Below, piece after piece: positions 1 through 9,857 of a stretch of 64,000 nucleotides of DNA. The DNA comes from an uncultured bacterium (GTDB lineage Bacteria; SAR324; XYD2-FULL-50-16). The stretch spans positions 86,064-150,063 of the forward strand of contig CBFCZY010000003.1 in NCBI GenBank assembly GCA_965602905.1, in the 5' to 3' direction. The notes beneath the pieces were generated by a model. The model was given only the letters and a program-made list of their open reading frames with translations. It did no database searches and was not told the DNA's origin. A program made the translations under genes and the position numbers. The first letter of the stretch is position 1; the number at the start of each line of letters is the position of its first letter.

Positions 1-378
1 TTTACCAAAAATGAAGCCCCTAAAAATAACGAAGAACGAATTGCCCAAGGTTTGGAATTTGTAAAAAAATGGCCCTGTTCTTTGATCTTAAAGGGAGCGC
101 CCACTTTAGTCATTACTGGTGACGCTAAAGTTTTTATTAATGAAACGGGAAACGCAGGCTTGGCAACCGCTGGTAGTGGCGATGTCTTAGCTGGTTTTGT
201 TGGTGGACTATTAGCCCAAGGCTACACGGCCCTAGAGGCTAGTTTGCTCGGTGTTTGGTTACATGGATTGGCGGCCGATATTTACAGTGATGGGGCTGCA
301 CCTGAAAGCCTGACTGCTGTCAGCCTCATTGATTCTTTGGGGCCAGCTATGGCTCAGTTGCAAGGCGAGTTGGGATAA
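1..378 (+). CDS. NAD(P)H-hydrate dehydratase / YjeF C-terminal domain protein, 5'-truncated at the window edge
   Basis: The reading frame is open from nt 1. It contains GAPTLVITGD...TAGSGDVLAG, typical of a carbohydrate-kinase-like YjeF_C domain. The tracked ORF begins at an internal TTG. Confidence 0.65.
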   Translation, partial: FTKNEAPKNNEERIAQGLEFVKKWPCSLILKGAPTLVITGDAKVFINETGNAGLATAGSGDVLAGFVGGLLAQGYTALEASLLGVWLHGLAADIYSDGAAPESLTAVSLIDSLGPAMAQLQGELG

Positions 379-442
379 AAGGTGAGTTGCTAAGTTAAGC
401 CTCCACCGAAGCAACTTCGGTGAGTTTAGCCACAGAAACCTG

Positions 443-667
443 TTAGCTTAGAGTTTCCTTCACTTCGGCAACCTTACCCTTAATCAAATCCTCCAATCGC
501 TCTTTGTGTACCTTAAGTTCGTCTAAGGTGGCATTGGGGCTTAAGGTTAAACTGCTCGGCAGATTACTTACCATTTCTAGTAATTTTTCCTGATTTTTGG
601 ATGCCACTGCTTGGGCAACTGCACCTGCGGCAAGGCCTGCTGCTAGGCCGTAAAGAAAACCTTTCAT
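443..667 (-). CDS. small membrane-anchored protein, YtxH/DUF948-like (tentative)
   Basis: 74 aa. The N-terminus has a Gly/Ala-rich hydrophobic helix (GLAAGLAAGAVA) followed by a charged coiled-coil-like tail. A purine-rich stretch lies upstream of the ATG. Confidence 0.4.
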   Translation of the reverse strand: MKGFLYGLAAGLAAGAVAQAVASKNQEKLLEMVSNLPSSLTLSPNATLDELKVHKERLEDLIKGKVAEVKETLS

Positions 668-743
668 CTTCTTTTCTCTCGGTAAAATGTTTACAAAAAA
701 TTCTAAATTCGAAGAGGTTTAAAAGGGTATTTTAAACCAAATA

Positions 744-773
744 GCAAAAAAAAAGGCTCCAAGAAGGAGCCTT
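744..773 (-). terminator. Rho-independent terminator for leftward transcription
   Basis: AAGGCTCC-aagaa-GGAGCCTT forms an 8-bp stem. On the minus strand it is followed by a 9-nt U run, the complement of the A run at 744..752. Confidence 0.6.
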
Positions 774-790
774 TAAATCTAAGTAGTTTG

Positions 791-883
791 TTACTTAATA
801 AATCTGCCGTAGCTAAAAAATGCACCAAGATAAACTGCGCAAATTGTAGCAAAGGTTAGCAATACTTCTGCTTCGTGTGACAT
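791..883 (-). CDS. candidate 30-aa hydrophobic peptide (MSHEAEVLLTFATICAVYLGAFFSYGRFIK)
   Basis: This is the internal ATG of the 61-aa tracked ORF. An AAAGGAGA Shine-Dalgarno sits 3-4 nt upstream. The tracked start is a TTG with no SD. The ORF ends just before the strong terminator at 744..773. Confidence 0.3.
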   Translation of the reverse strand: MSHEAEVLLTFATICAVYLGAFFSYGRFIK

Positions 884-1036
884 ATGTCTCCTTTGAATTA
901 AAATCAAGTTGACTGCATCATAAATTAAAATGAAACAAGATTCAATGGGAAAAATGAATCCCCTCTGCTTGACCAAAGCTACAGATAAAAGTTATAAGAC
1001 ATGAAGCCAATAAAATTCACCCTATGACTAAAAAAA

Positions 1037-1594
1037 ATGATGGAAAACTTACTAAATGAAACCCGCTCAAAAATGGACAAAGCTGTAGACCATCTTGGTC
1101 GTGAGTTTAAAAAAGTTCGTACCGGTAGAGCTAACCCTAGCATGTTAGATAGCGTAATGGTGGACTACTACGGTAACCCCACACCTGTGAATCAGGTGGG
1201 GAATGTGACTGTGCCTGAGCCCCAGATGATTGTGATCACTCCTTGGGAGAAAAATATCCTGTCTGAAATTGAACGAGCCATCCAAAAGGCTGATTTGGGC
1301 ATTACACCACAAAATGATGGGAATGTTGTTCGTTTGCCAATTCCACCTCTTACAGAAGAGCGTAGAAAAGACCTTGTGAAGCAAGTAAAAAAGATGACCG
1401 AAGAATCAAAGGTGGGTATTCGTGCCGCTAGAAAAGACGCCAATGATGCATTAAAACAAATGTTAAAGGATAAAGAAATCTCAGAAGATGATGAAAAAAA
1501 GCAATTGGTTAAAGTTCAAGAATTGACTGATGTTGTAAATAAAAAGGTAGATGAATTAACAGATGAAAAAGAAAAAGAGTTGATGGAGGTCTAG
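1037..1594 (+). CDS. frr: ribosome recycling factor
   Basis: 185 aa with a full-length RRF signature (VRTGRANPSMLD, ITPWEK, coiled C-terminus). The start could be the second ATG at 1040. Confidence 0.9.
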   Translation: MMENLLNETRSKMDKAVDHLGREFKKVRTGRANPSMLDSVMVDYYGNPTPVNQVGNVTVPEPQMIVITPWEKNILSEIERAIQKADLGITPQNDGNVVRLPIPPLTEERRKDLVKQVKKMTEESKVGIRAARKDANDALKQMLKDKEISEDDEKKQLVKVQELTDVVNKKVDELTDEKEKELMEV

Positions 1595-1634
1595 TTTACT
1601 CTGCTTCTTGAATTTTTTATTTTAGTTTTAAATG

Positions 1635-1667
1635 AGGCTAGGTTCTTAGAATCTAGCCTTTTTTTTT
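1635..1667 (+). terminator. Rho-independent terminator after frr
   Basis: AGGCTAG...CTAGCCT forms a 7-bp stem and is followed by T9. Confidence 0.65.
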
Positions 1668-1683
1668 GTCCAAAAATTAAACA

Positions 1684-1700
1684 ACGGCCATAATGGCCGT
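1684..1700. promoter_or_regulatory. perfect 17-bp palindrome ACGGCCAT-A-ATGGCCGT
   Basis: An 8-bp inverted repeat with a 1-nt spacer. A spacer that short cannot form a stable hairpin loop, so a dyad protein-binding site is more likely. It lies between the frr terminator and the CIRCE element. Confidence 0.3.
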
Positions 1701-1723
1701 GCAGAAGTACTTTTTCTTGCATT

Positions 1724-1750
1724 TTAGCACTCTTTGTGAGAGAGTGCTAA
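1724..1750. promoter_or_regulatory. CIRCE element (HrcA operator) upstream of the clpB-like gene
   Basis: TTAGCACTC-N9-GAGTGCTAA matches the CIRCE consensus at every arm position with the canonical 9-nt spacer. It ends 22 nt before the ATG at 1772. Confidence 0.8.
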
Positions 1751-1771
1751 AAAATACTTTAAGGAATTGCA

Positions 1772-4123
1772 ATGAATAATTTTGATGGAATCATAAATGG
1801 CTCACTGGACTTGGCTCAGGCCGAAGCCATAAAGCGAAAAAATAATGAACTAACAGAATCCCATTTGCTATGGGGCTTACTCCAAAACCCACAGACCGTT
1901 GCCAGTAAACATTTAAAGGACGAAAGAAAGACCATTAAGCAGCTCCTTGACCTTTGCCCAACGATGGAAAAATTGGAATTTGATCAAATTCGACCTAGCT
2001 CGAAACTCAATGAGTGGTTCACTTTAGCTAGCTCTGAGTCGATTCAAGCTGGGCGCGATAAGGTTGTTGAGGCCGATTTCCTAAGGCACCTAAAAAAATT
2101 CTTCCCTACCCTGCAATTTGAAGCGCCTGAACAGGCTGAAGGCGTTGAAGTTCCTGATTTTTTAACGGACCTAAATGAACTTGCTAGCGAAGGAAAGTTG
2201 GACCCTGTTATTGGGCGGTCTAGCGAAATTCGTAAGGTACAAGAAATTTTATGCAGAAGAACAAAAAATAACCCTGTCTTGATCGGTGACCCAGGGGTAG
2301 GTAAAACCGCCATCATCGAAGGCCTTGCAGGACTGATCGTGGGCGGTCAAGTCCCCGATATCATCCAAGGAAAAACCATCTATAGCCTCAACATGGGCAC
2401 CCTTATGGCAGGGACCAAGTACCGAGGCGAATTTGAAGAGCGCATTGAAGCCCTACTGCATTTTTTAAAGGCAAAAAACCGAGATGCGATATTATTTATT
2501 GATGAAATTCATTTGCTCATTGGCGCTGGGAAAACCGAAGGTGCAATGGATGCCGCTAATCTATTGAAACCAGCTTTAGCCAGAGGCGAGCTCAACTGTA
2601 TTGGTGCTACCACTTACGATGAGTATAAAAAACACATTGAATCTGATTCGGCGTTAGAGCGAAGGTTTCACCAAATTCAGGTGGTAGAGCCAACCAAAGA
2701 AGATTGTATTCAGATTTTAATGGGCTTAAAAGAAAAGCTAGAAATCCACCATGGGATTGAGATCACAGAAGAGGCCATTGTTTCTGCTGTCTACCTTTCG
2801 GATCAGTTTATTTCTGATCGTTTTTTGCCAGATAAGGCCATCGATATTATTGATGAGGCTGCGGCAGGCTTAAAATTAAGTGCTGACTCTATGCCCCCTG
2901 AATTGGCAGAAATGGAAGCCTTGATTCGTTCTAAAAAAATACTTTCCAAATCCAGTGGTAGCCACAAACAGCTTAACATAGAAATCATTGAGCTGGAAGA
3001 AACATTCGCCCAAAAACGCAGTGAATGGGAAGCAACCCTCTTGGATTTAAAGCGAGTTTCCCAGTTAAAGCAACAGCATGATAAACTTTCATTTCTATTG
3101 CAAAAGGCGGAAACGGATGGGGATTTTGAAACGGCCTCGAAAATTAAATATGGTGAGTTGCCCACTTTGGAGCATGAGCTTGCAAACTTCGATGTCACTT
3201 GGAAGTTGGTGACCAAGAACATAGGGGAAGTTATTTCTCGTTCCACTGGTGTGCCCATAGAGCGAATCTTAAAAACTAACCAAGAAAATTTGTTAACTTT
3301 GGAAGATAGTCTCAATAAGGTTGTATTTGGTCAGGCGGAACCCATTAAAGAAATTGCAGAGACACTAATTGCAGCCCACGCAGGCTTAAGCGACCAAACT
3401 CGCCCACTCGGTAGTTTTATGCTCCTTGGCCCATCGGGGACAGGTAAAACAGAAACAGCCAAGGCCTTATGTCGTTTTTTATTTCAGTCAGAGAAAAATT
3501 TAATCCGCTTGGACCTAAGTGAATACCGAGAGTCTCACTCTGTTGCCAAATTGATTGGTAGCCCTCCAGGATATGTTGGGTATGATGAAGGTGGGCAATT
3601 AACAGAAGCCGTGCGCCGTGCGCCCTATTCGATCATTCTTTTTGATGAAGTGGAAAAGGCCCACAGTGATTTTTCAGATATCATGCTGCAAATTTTAGAT
3701 GACGGAGTTTTAACCGACTCCCAAGGCCGCCATGTGGATTTTAAAAATACCGTTGTTTTTCTAACCACCAATGTTGCCGAACCTGAGGCCTATTTTAAGC
3801 CTGAACTGATCGGCCGTTTGGATGGCGTACTCACCTACTCCTCTTTGGACGAAAAGGTAATGGAGTCCATCTTAGAGCGTGAATTGGCAGGGCTAAATGA
3901 AAAACTAGAGTCGAGAGACATTTCCCTTAAGCTTGAAGACAGCCTAAGCAGTAAAATCACAGCGGTAGGTTTTGATGAAAAGTATGGTGCTCGACCTTTA
4001 AAAAATGCCTTCAATCGTTTGGTCATTAAGCCTTTGGCTAAAATTTTACTAAGTCAATCCGACCTTCAAGGGGAACTTGTTGTAGGATTGGATGAGCAAG
4101 GACTTTTTAAGATACTAGAGTAA
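1772..4123 (+). CDS. clpB: ClpB/ClpV-family AAA+ disaggregase (two AAA modules, short middle domain)
   Basis: Clp_N-like N-terminus. Walker A motifs GDPGVGKT and GPSGTGKT. A middle coiled-coil of roughly 85 residues, shorter than in canonical ClpB. 783 aa. Confidence 0.8.
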   Translation: MNNFDGIINGSLDLAQAEAIKRKNNELTESHLLWGLLQNPQTVASKHLKDERKTIKQLLDLCPTMEKLEFDQIRPSSKLNEWFTLASSESIQAGRDKVVEADFLRHLKKFFPTLQFEAPEQAEGVEVPDFLTDLNELASEGKLDPVIGRSSEIRKVQEILCRRTKNNPVLIGDPGVGKTAIIEGLAGLIVGGQVPDIIQGKTIYSLNMGTLMAGTKYRGEFEERIEALLHFLKAKNRDAILFIDEIHLLIGAGKTEGAMDAANLLKPALARGELNCIGATTYDEYKKHIESDSALERRFHQIQVVEPTKEDCIQILMGLKEKLEIHHGIEITEEAIVSAVYLSDQFISDRFLPDKAIDIIDEAAAGLKLSADSMPPELAEMEALIRSKKILSKSSGSHKQLNIEIIELEETFAQKRSEWEATLLDLKRVSQLKQQHDKLSFLLQKAETDGDFETASKIKYGELPTLEHELANFDVTWKLVTKNIGEVISRSTGVPIERILKTNQENLLTLEDSLNKVVFGQAEPIKEIAETLIAAHAGLSDQTRPLGSFMLLGPSGTGKTETAKALCRFLFQSEKNLIRLDLSEYRESHSVAKLIGSPPGYVGYDEGGQLTEAVRRAPYSIILFDEVEKAHSDFSDIMLQILDDGVLTDSQGRHVDFKNTVVFLTTNVAEPEAYFKPELIGRLDGVLTYSSLDEKVMESILERELAGLNEKLESRDISLKLEDSLSSKITAVGFDEKYGARPLKNAFNRLVIKPLAKILLSQSDLQGELVVGLDEQGLFKILE

Positions 4124-4132
4124 GTAAATCTT

Positions 4133-5575
4133 TTGAACAACAAACCCAATTTAGACAGAAGACTTAGAATGAGCCAAAAACCAAAATTAGCAGGTATTTT
4201 TGTACTGATCATCGACCAGCATGGGGCTACCGTGCGAGCATTCAAGGGTGCCTTGGCTGAGTTGGGTGCTAAGGTTTTGCTAGCAGGCGACTTTACAACT
4301 GCTTTGAATCTCGTTGAACAAGGTGCCATTCAAGCAATTTTACTTGATGTAGATAGCCTAGAGCAAGAAAACTTCGAAGAATTCCTGCAACTCCAAAAGG
4401 CCTCCAAAGGGAGTTTATTTTATCTCTTTACGGAAAAAGGGGAACTTGATTCCAGAGAATTGGGCGTGGAAGCTTGCTTAAAAAAACCTGTTGATGCAGC
4501 AAGGTTTGGGTTCTTGTTGGCAAATAGGCTAAAGGGGCAAACTGGAGCAATTAAGCAGGTAGATCCTGTCGTTTCTGCAATGCGTCCCTATTTGGTTTTC
4601 CGTTCTGCTGTAATGAGCCGCACCTTAAGCCTTTTGCCCAAGATGGCACTCAGCCCCCACACAGTTTTGCTCACAGGCGAAACGGGGACAGGTAAAGAGG
4701 TGGTTGCGCGGGCGCTCCATGATTTAAGCCCAGCTAAAGATGGGCCTTTTGTTGCGGTCAACTGCGGTGCTATCCCAGAAAGTCTGATCGAAGGTGAGTT
4801 GTTTGGTCATGCAAAGGGCGCCTTTACAGGGGCGCAAGCCTCTAGAAAAGGCAAATTCGAGTTGGCTGAAGGGGGAACTCTATTCTTAGACGAAATGGGG
4901 GAAATGCCGCTTTTACTCCAGTCTCGATTATTGCGAGTTTTAGAGGAGAAAAAATTCTACCCTGTTGGAGCGGAGAAGGAAATTCCTGTAAATGTTAGAG
5001 TCATTGCAGCAACCCAAGTAGAGCTGGAGCAAGCTGTAAGTAATGGTATGTTCAGGGAAGATTTATACTACCGTTTAAATGTACTCCGTTTGCACTTACC
5101 ACCCTTGCGGGAACGTCCAGATGATGTGCCCCTGCTAGCTTGGCATTTTTTAGAGCGAGCATTTGAAGAGATGAACCGCCCTAAACCCTACCCTATTTTG
5201 GAACCTGAGGCGACAGAGTTTCTGGAATCCTTGCCTTGGAAGGGTAACGTTAGGGAGTTGCGAAATTTGATCACAAGGCTGGCGGCCCTGCTGCCCCTTG
5301 AGACGGAATCCATAACCCCAGAAATTTTAAAGGTCTACTATCCTGAATCTGCAAGGTTGGTAGAAAAACCCTTTCAGCAAGATGCCCCCTTTACCTTTGA
5401 GGTTAACGCCGATCCACCGAGAGGTAGCTTGATCCCAGAAGGCAGTAGCCTAAAAGAGGCAGAAGATATATTGATTGAAGATACATTACAATTGAGCGAG
5501 GGCAACCGCACTAAAGCCGCTAAAATTTTAGGCATTGGCCTTAGAACCTTGCGTAGAAAACTAAACGAATCATGA
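4133..5575 (+). CDS. sigma-54-dependent transcriptional activator (receiver-like N-terminus, AAA+, Fis-type HTH)
   Basis: GETGTGKE Walker A, GAFTGA motif, ESELFGH-like region, and a C-terminal HTH (AAKILGIGLRTLRRKL). Confidence 0.85.
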   Translation: MNNKPNLDRRLRMSQKPKLAGIFVLIIDQHGATVRAFKGALAELGAKVLLAGDFTTALNLVEQGAIQAILLDVDSLEQENFEEFLQLQKASKGSLFYLFTEKGELDSRELGVEACLKKPVDAARFGFLLANRLKGQTGAIKQVDPVVSAMRPYLVFRSAVMSRTLSLLPKMALSPHTVLLTGETGTGKEVVARALHDLSPAKDGPFVAVNCGAIPESLIEGELFGHAKGAFTGAQASRKGKFELAEGGTLFLDEMGEMPLLLQSRLLRVLEEKKFYPVGAEKEIPVNVRVIAATQVELEQAVSNGMFREDLYYRLNVLRLHLPPLRERPDDVPLLAWHFLERAFEEMNRPKPYPILEPEATEFLESLPWKGNVRELRNLITRLAALLPLETESITPEILKVYYPESARLVEKPFQQDAPFTFEVNADPPRGSLIPEGSSLKEAEDILIEDTLQLSEGNRTKAAKILGIGLRTLRRKLNES

Positions 5576-6516
5576 AACACAAAGTATTTATCGATGGCGC
5601 CGCTGGCACCACAGGCTTAAAAATTAGGGAGCTACTCCTCCAGCGAGATGAGATTGAACTCATTGAACTGACAGATGACAAGAGGAAAGACCCTGAGGCA
5701 AAAAAAGAAGCCTTTTCTAAAGCTGAGGTGGCTATTTTATGCCTTGATGATGCCCAAGCTGTACAGAGTGTTGCCCTTGCAAAGGATTCTGACGTCAGGA
5801 TTATTGATGCCAGCACAGCCCATAGGATCGACCCAAACTGGGTCTATGGCTTGCCTGAATTGAGCGCGGATCAAAGGAATAAAATTAAAGGGGCTAAGTA
5901 TGTAAGCAACCCTGGTTGTTATGCTACAGGTGCACTTCTGGCCTTAAAGCCACTGATCGCCCAGGGGCTATTGCTACCTGAAACCTTGGTCAATATTTTT
6001 GCAATCTCAGGTTATTCTGGTGGTGGAAGGAAATTAATTCAGTCTTATGAACAAAACTCCCAAGCTGATTGGGCTGCAAGGCCTTACGCCTTAGGACTAC
6101 AACATAAGCATATACCTGAAATGCGCAAACATTCAGGCTTAAGTCACAGTCCCATTTTCTGCCCTGTGGTAGGGGATTTTGCCCAAGGAATGATCTTACA
6201 AATTCCACTTTTTAGCTCACAGCTACAAACTACAGGTGAGGCCACGAAAGAAGTTTTAAAGACTTGGGAAAGCTATTACCAAGGTGAAAAATTTGTTCAA
6301 GTCAAGAGCCTGACGCCAGACGAAGCAACAGAGGCAGGTTTTTTGTCGGGAATAAATCTAGTGGATAGCAATCAGGTAGAACTAATGGCATTTGGTCATC
6401 CTGACCAGTGCGTCTTGGTTATAAGGCTAGATAATTTAGGTAAAGGGGCAAGCGGGGCTTGCGTCCAGAACCTAAATCTTATGCTAGGGTTAGAAGAAGC
6501 TACAAGCCTAGTCTAA
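5572..6516 (+). CDS. argC: N-acetyl-gamma-glutamyl-phosphate reductase, short (type 2) form
   Basis: VSNPGCYATGALLALKPL matches the ArgC active-site pattern. An N-terminal Rossmann motif GAAGTTG is present. 314 aa. Confidence 0.8.
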   Translation: MKHKVFIDGAAGTTGLKIRELLLQRDEIELIELTDDKRKDPEAKKEAFSKAEVAILCLDDAQAVQSVALAKDSDVRIIDASTAHRIDPNWVYGLPELSADQRNKIKGAKYVSNPGCYATGALLALKPLIAQGLLLPETLVNIFAISGYSGGGRKLIQSYEQNSQADWAARPYALGLQHKHIPEMRKHSGLSHSPIFCPVVGDFAQGMILQIPLFSSQLQTTGEATKEVLKTWESYYQGEKFVQVKSLTPDEATEAGFLSGINLVDSNQVELMAFGHPDQCVLVIRLDNLGKGASGACVQNLNLMLGLEEATSLV

Positions 6517-6803
6517 TTGTGTTTGGGCTTTTCAGCAATAATTCGAACCACATTTTCAACCACTTCAAAGATCTCAGCTTTGGAGTATTCTGGCTTTAAC
6601 ACAATAGACCCTTTATGGGTGTAGGTAGGTGGGATTCGGCTTAAGCTTAGTGCATAAACATCTTCAATGCAAAGAGTGCAGTTTGAAAGATGCGCCTCGG
6701 TCGGTAGAATCTCCCGCATAGCATCAATCACAATGACTTCATTTCTGTTTCGAACGGACTCAAGCGAGTGACCATTGATTGTATATTTATCTGAATTTTC
6801 CAT
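6513..6803 (-). CDS. ComFB-family protein
   Basis: The Cys-containing core NCTLCIEDV...LPPTYTH...VVENVVRIIAEK resembles ComFB (HCxC...LPPxY...V..I). The start is set at the internal ATG (M16 of the tracked ORF) to reduce overlap with the upstream kinase. Neither candidate start has a clear SD. Confidence 0.55.
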   Translation of the reverse strand: MENSDKYTINGHSLESVRNRNEVIVIDAMREILPTEAHLSNCTLCIEDVYALSLSRIPPTYTHKGSIVLKPEYSKAEIFEVVENVVRIIAEKPKHN

Positions 6804-6810
6804 GAATTTA

Positions 6811-9579
6811 CTATAGCTTATTTTGAAGGTTTTTACCAAGCTTTTCAATCAAGGTTTGGATGTCATTTGGATGAATTGGCTTGCTTAAATATTGGTCCAT
6901 TCCAGCTTGAAGGTATCTTTCTCTATCCCCGAGCATTGCATTGGCCGTCATGGCTACAATTTCTGGTCGATCGGCCTTTGAGTATTTTGAAATTAGGTAC
7001 TCTGTAACTTCAACTCCATCCATTTCTGGCATTTGAATATCCAAAAGTAAAAGGTCGAATTTTTTACGGTTGACCCAGTTTAAAACTTCCAGCCCATTGG
7101 GGGCGAGTTCTGCTTGGTATCCCAGTTTTTTTAAAATACGCAGTATCAATTCCTGATTCAGTTCATTGTCTTCAGCCACCAAAATACTCATTGGGTACTG
7201 GAGACTCAAAGTGACATTCATTTTAGATACAGTTTTAGCCTGAGGTGGCTCAGCTATAAAAACCTTGGCTGAAAGTTGTAGAAATTCGTTGCAACGAAAA
7301 GGTTTTCTCAAAGAGAATATATTCTCTTTATTGATGCTCACTAATTCTTGGTCTAAGCGGCAAAGTAAAATCAGGGGGATTTTTAATTTTGCTGCAATCT
7401 GAGTAAAGGGGGCCGCCCAAGTTGTAAAATCTTCTGTCCTTGGTAGGTGCAGTAAAATTAATTGGATATCTTCTTGGGCAAGCTGCGCCAAATCTTCATT
7501 ATTTAGGCCTACAGGTAAAACCGTCGCTTGGGCAAATTCAAGTTGTGACTTTAAAAACTGAGAATGCTCGGGGTCGCCATCGACAAGAGCAACTTTTTTG
7601 TTTCTTAGAATTTTGGTTTCACCGATTTGAGGCTGTTTTTCATGTTTACGAGTGGGGAGAGAAAAGAAAAATTTACTCCCCTGGTCTAATGCGGACTCCA
7701 CCCAAATCTTCCCTGACATGAGTTGAATCAATTGCTTGTTGATAGCAAGACCCAGCCCTGTACCACTGTACTTTCTAGTTGCGGAATCATCCCCTTGTGT
7801 GAAGGCATCAAAGAGCTTATTAATTTCGACAGGGTCAATGCCAATGCCGTGGTCTTGGATGCAAAATTCAAGATTTTGGACGTCTTTAATTTCAGTGGAA
7901 GAAAGCTCCACTGTAATGATTACATTTCCGCTTTGAGAAAATTTTACAGCATTAGAAAGAAGGTTGATTAAAACCTGCCGCAGTCGAATTTCATCTGCGT
8001 AAATCCACTCAGGAACGTCTTCACCAATAAAATAAAGAACTTCTATTTTCTTTTCTTGTGCCTTAACAGCGATCAACCCAAGGCATTCATCAAGTAATTT
8101 TCTGATGCTGACATAGTTTTCTTGGAGCCGTAGCCCTTGCGCTTCCATCTTTGAAAAATCAAGGATATTGTTGATAATACTGAGTAGATTCTCACCACAA
8201 AGAGTGATGATATTTGCAAATTCTTCTTGCTCCTCATTGAGCCCACTCTGCTCGAGTAGACTGCTCATCCCTAAAATTCCATTGAGGGGTGTGCGGATCT
8301 CGTGGCTCATTGTGGCTAAAAAATTTGACTTTGCCTGGGTTGCGCTTTCTGCTTCATGTTTGGCAGTGGCGAGCTCTCCCTCTGTCTGCTTGCGATCTGT
8401 AATATCTACAAAAAGGGCGGCAAAGCGATCTGGTTTGGGGAGAGATCCCACAACTTCAATGCTTTTGTCCTTAAATTTAATTTCGAATTTACTGGGTTTA
8501 CCCGAGGCAATTCCCTCTAAACAGGACTCTAGAATGAGCTCTGAAAAATCGGGGCAAACTTCTGAAATAATATGATTTTCAACTTCACTTTGACTGTGAC
8601 CAATAATTTTTTCAAAGGTGCTATTGATCTCTAAAAAGCGGATGTCTTCTACCTTTTGGTCTCGGTTCACATAGGTTTCAAAGAGAGCAAAACCAGAGGG
8701 CATACTGGAAAATAGCATTCGGTATTTTTCTTCTGACTCTGCAATCGCCTTTTCAATGGAATGAAGCTCTGTAATATTTTGCGAAAAGACCGCCACTTGT
8801 GTCAATTCACCTGAGTCCTGATTTACTACCGGGTAAAAGGTATTTTGGAAAAAGTGCCCACTAGATTGGGCATCAGTAATTTGTTGGATGAGTAGAGTCT
8901 CTTTCGTTTTCTCAAACACTTCTTGCCTGCTAAAAACCATTTCCTTTTCATAAAGAGGCCAAATGGATTGACCTTGGATTTCTTCCAGTTGTAATCCAAA
9001 ACCTTGGCAAGCTTTTCTATTGGCTTCTAAAATTACCCCTTCAGGGTCTAAGAGCACTATTTTATAGTTAGGTGCATTGAGCAGAGCTTGGATTTGAGAC
9101 TGTGAAGTTTCCAGCTTTTTGCGGGCCTGGGCCAAAGGAGTGATGTCTCTTGCTATGGTCAAGAGGTGGGGTCTGTTGTCGATAGTTATAACTTCAGAGG
9201 ACACTAATCCCTGGATAATAGCCCCGCCATTTGTAATAAAATCAGCCTCAAAGGAGGTGATTCTGCCATTTTGCTTTAGTTCTGTAAAAAAACGATTTCG
9301 ATCATCGCTGTTACCCCAAAAGGGGATTTCAGAGGAAGTTTTCCCAATGATTTGGTCTTGGGAGAGGCCACTGAGGATTTCAAAACCACGGTTGGCTTCT
9401 ACAAATTTTTCGGTTTCAATATCTACTAAAGTAACTGAGGTAGGGTTGAGTATAAAAGCCTTTTTAAACTTTTCAAGCGATTGATTTAATTTAACTATCT
9501 CAACTTGGTCCTGTTTGCGAAGTTCTAGCAGCTCATCATATTTTTTTTGTAATTCTATCAATGCTGCGTTATCGGTCAT
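6811..9579 (-). CDS. hybrid sensor histidine kinase (coiled-coil, PAS domains, HisKA, HATPase, two receiver domains)
   Basis: H-box [16 protein letters not shown]1/G2 boxes ([23 protein letters not shown]). Two CheY-like domains with DxxMPxMDG. Confidence 0.85.
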   Translation of the reverse strand: MTDNAALIELQKKYDELLELRKQDQVEIVKLNQSLEKFKKAFILNPTSVTLVDIETEKFVEANRGFEILSGLSQDQIIGKTSSEIPFWGNSDDRNRFFTELKQNGRITSFEADFITNGGAIIQGLVSSEVITIDNRPHLLTIARDITPLAQARKKLETSQSQIQALLNAPNYKIVLLDPEGVILEANRKACQGFGLQLEEIQGQSIWPLYEKEMVFSRQEVFEKTKETLLIQQITDAQSSGHFFQNTFYPVVNQDSGELTQVAVFSQNITELHSIEKAIAESEEKYRMLFSSMPSGFALFETYVNRDQKVEDIRFLEINSTFEKIIGHSQSEVENHIISEVCPDFSELILESCLEGIASGKPSKFEIKFKDKSIEVVGSLPKPDRFAALFVDITDRKQTEGELATAKHEAESATQAKSNFLATMSHEIRTPLNGILGMSSLLEQSGLNEEQEEFANIITLCGENLLSIINNILDFSKMEAQGLRLQENYVSIRKLLDECLGLIAVKAQEKKIEVLYFIGEDVPEWIYADEIRLRQVLINLLSNAVKFSQSGNVIITVELSSTEIKDVQNLEFCIQDHGIGIDPVEINKLFDAFTQGDDSATRKYSGTGLGLAINKQLIQLMSGKIWVESALDQGSKFFFSLPTRKHEKQPQIGETKILRNKKVALVDGDPEHSQFLKSQLEFAQATVLPVGLNNEDLAQLAQEDIQLILLHLPRTEDFTTWAAPFTQIAAKLKIPLILLCRLDQELVSINKENIFSLRKPFRCNEFLQLSAKVFIAEPPQAKTVSKMNVTLSLQYPMSILVAEDNELNQELILRILKKLGYQAELAPNGLEVLNWVNRKKFDLLLLDIQMPEMDGVEVTEYLISKYSKADRPEIVAMTANAMLGDRERYLQAGMDQYLSKPIHPNDIQTLIEKLGKNLQNKL

Positions 9580-9651
9580 TTTTTTCCCTTGGCCTTTTCT
9601 TTTTATCCCAATCTAGGCTATTATTATTTTAACACAATTTAAAGAGGTATT

Positions 9652-9837
9652 ATGAAAAGTGCAATTATTAGTCTAGTTTTTTTGACTCTTTTAGCCTTTG
9701 GAGCCATAAAATTTGTTGACCCAGTAAACAAGTGGGCTAGGGCAACTCTACCTTCAGCCATACTAGAGGCGATTGGAGAGGAGCCATTAGGTTTATTAGA
9801 GCAGGGTTTGGATGAATTAAAAAACTTAATAAAATAA
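9652..9837 (+). CDS. small protein with a signal peptide or TM helix (61 aa)
   Basis: An AAAGAGG Shine-Dalgarno sits 6 nt upstream. The N-terminus is hydrophobic (IISLVFLTLLAFGAI). Confidence 0.4.
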   Translation: MKSAIISLVFLTLLAFGAIKFVDPVNKWARATLPSAILEAIGEEPLGLLEQGLDELKNLIK

Positions 9838-9857
9838 GTACTCAATTAGTAATTTTT

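Noticed and set aside
403-422. Hairpin CCACCGAAG-caa-CTTCGGTG between convergent genes as a terminator
   Set aside because: The stem is good but there is no U-tract on either strand, so at most it is a weak or Rho-assisted element. Not listed as a feature.
791-976. Full 61-aa tracked ORF as the gene
   Set aside because: The first codon is TTG with no ribosome-binding site. The internal ATG at 883 has a near-consensus SD, so only the 30-codon version is retained, at low confidence.
2803-3315. Antisense ORFs embedded in large genes (for example 2803..3315 minus, 8168..8575 plus, 36491..36844 plus, 53548..53946 plus, 50262..50684 plus)
   Set aside because: They lie entirely inside well-supported, homologous CDSs on the opposite strand and have Ser/Leu-rich low-complexity translations. 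These are typical overlap artefacts.
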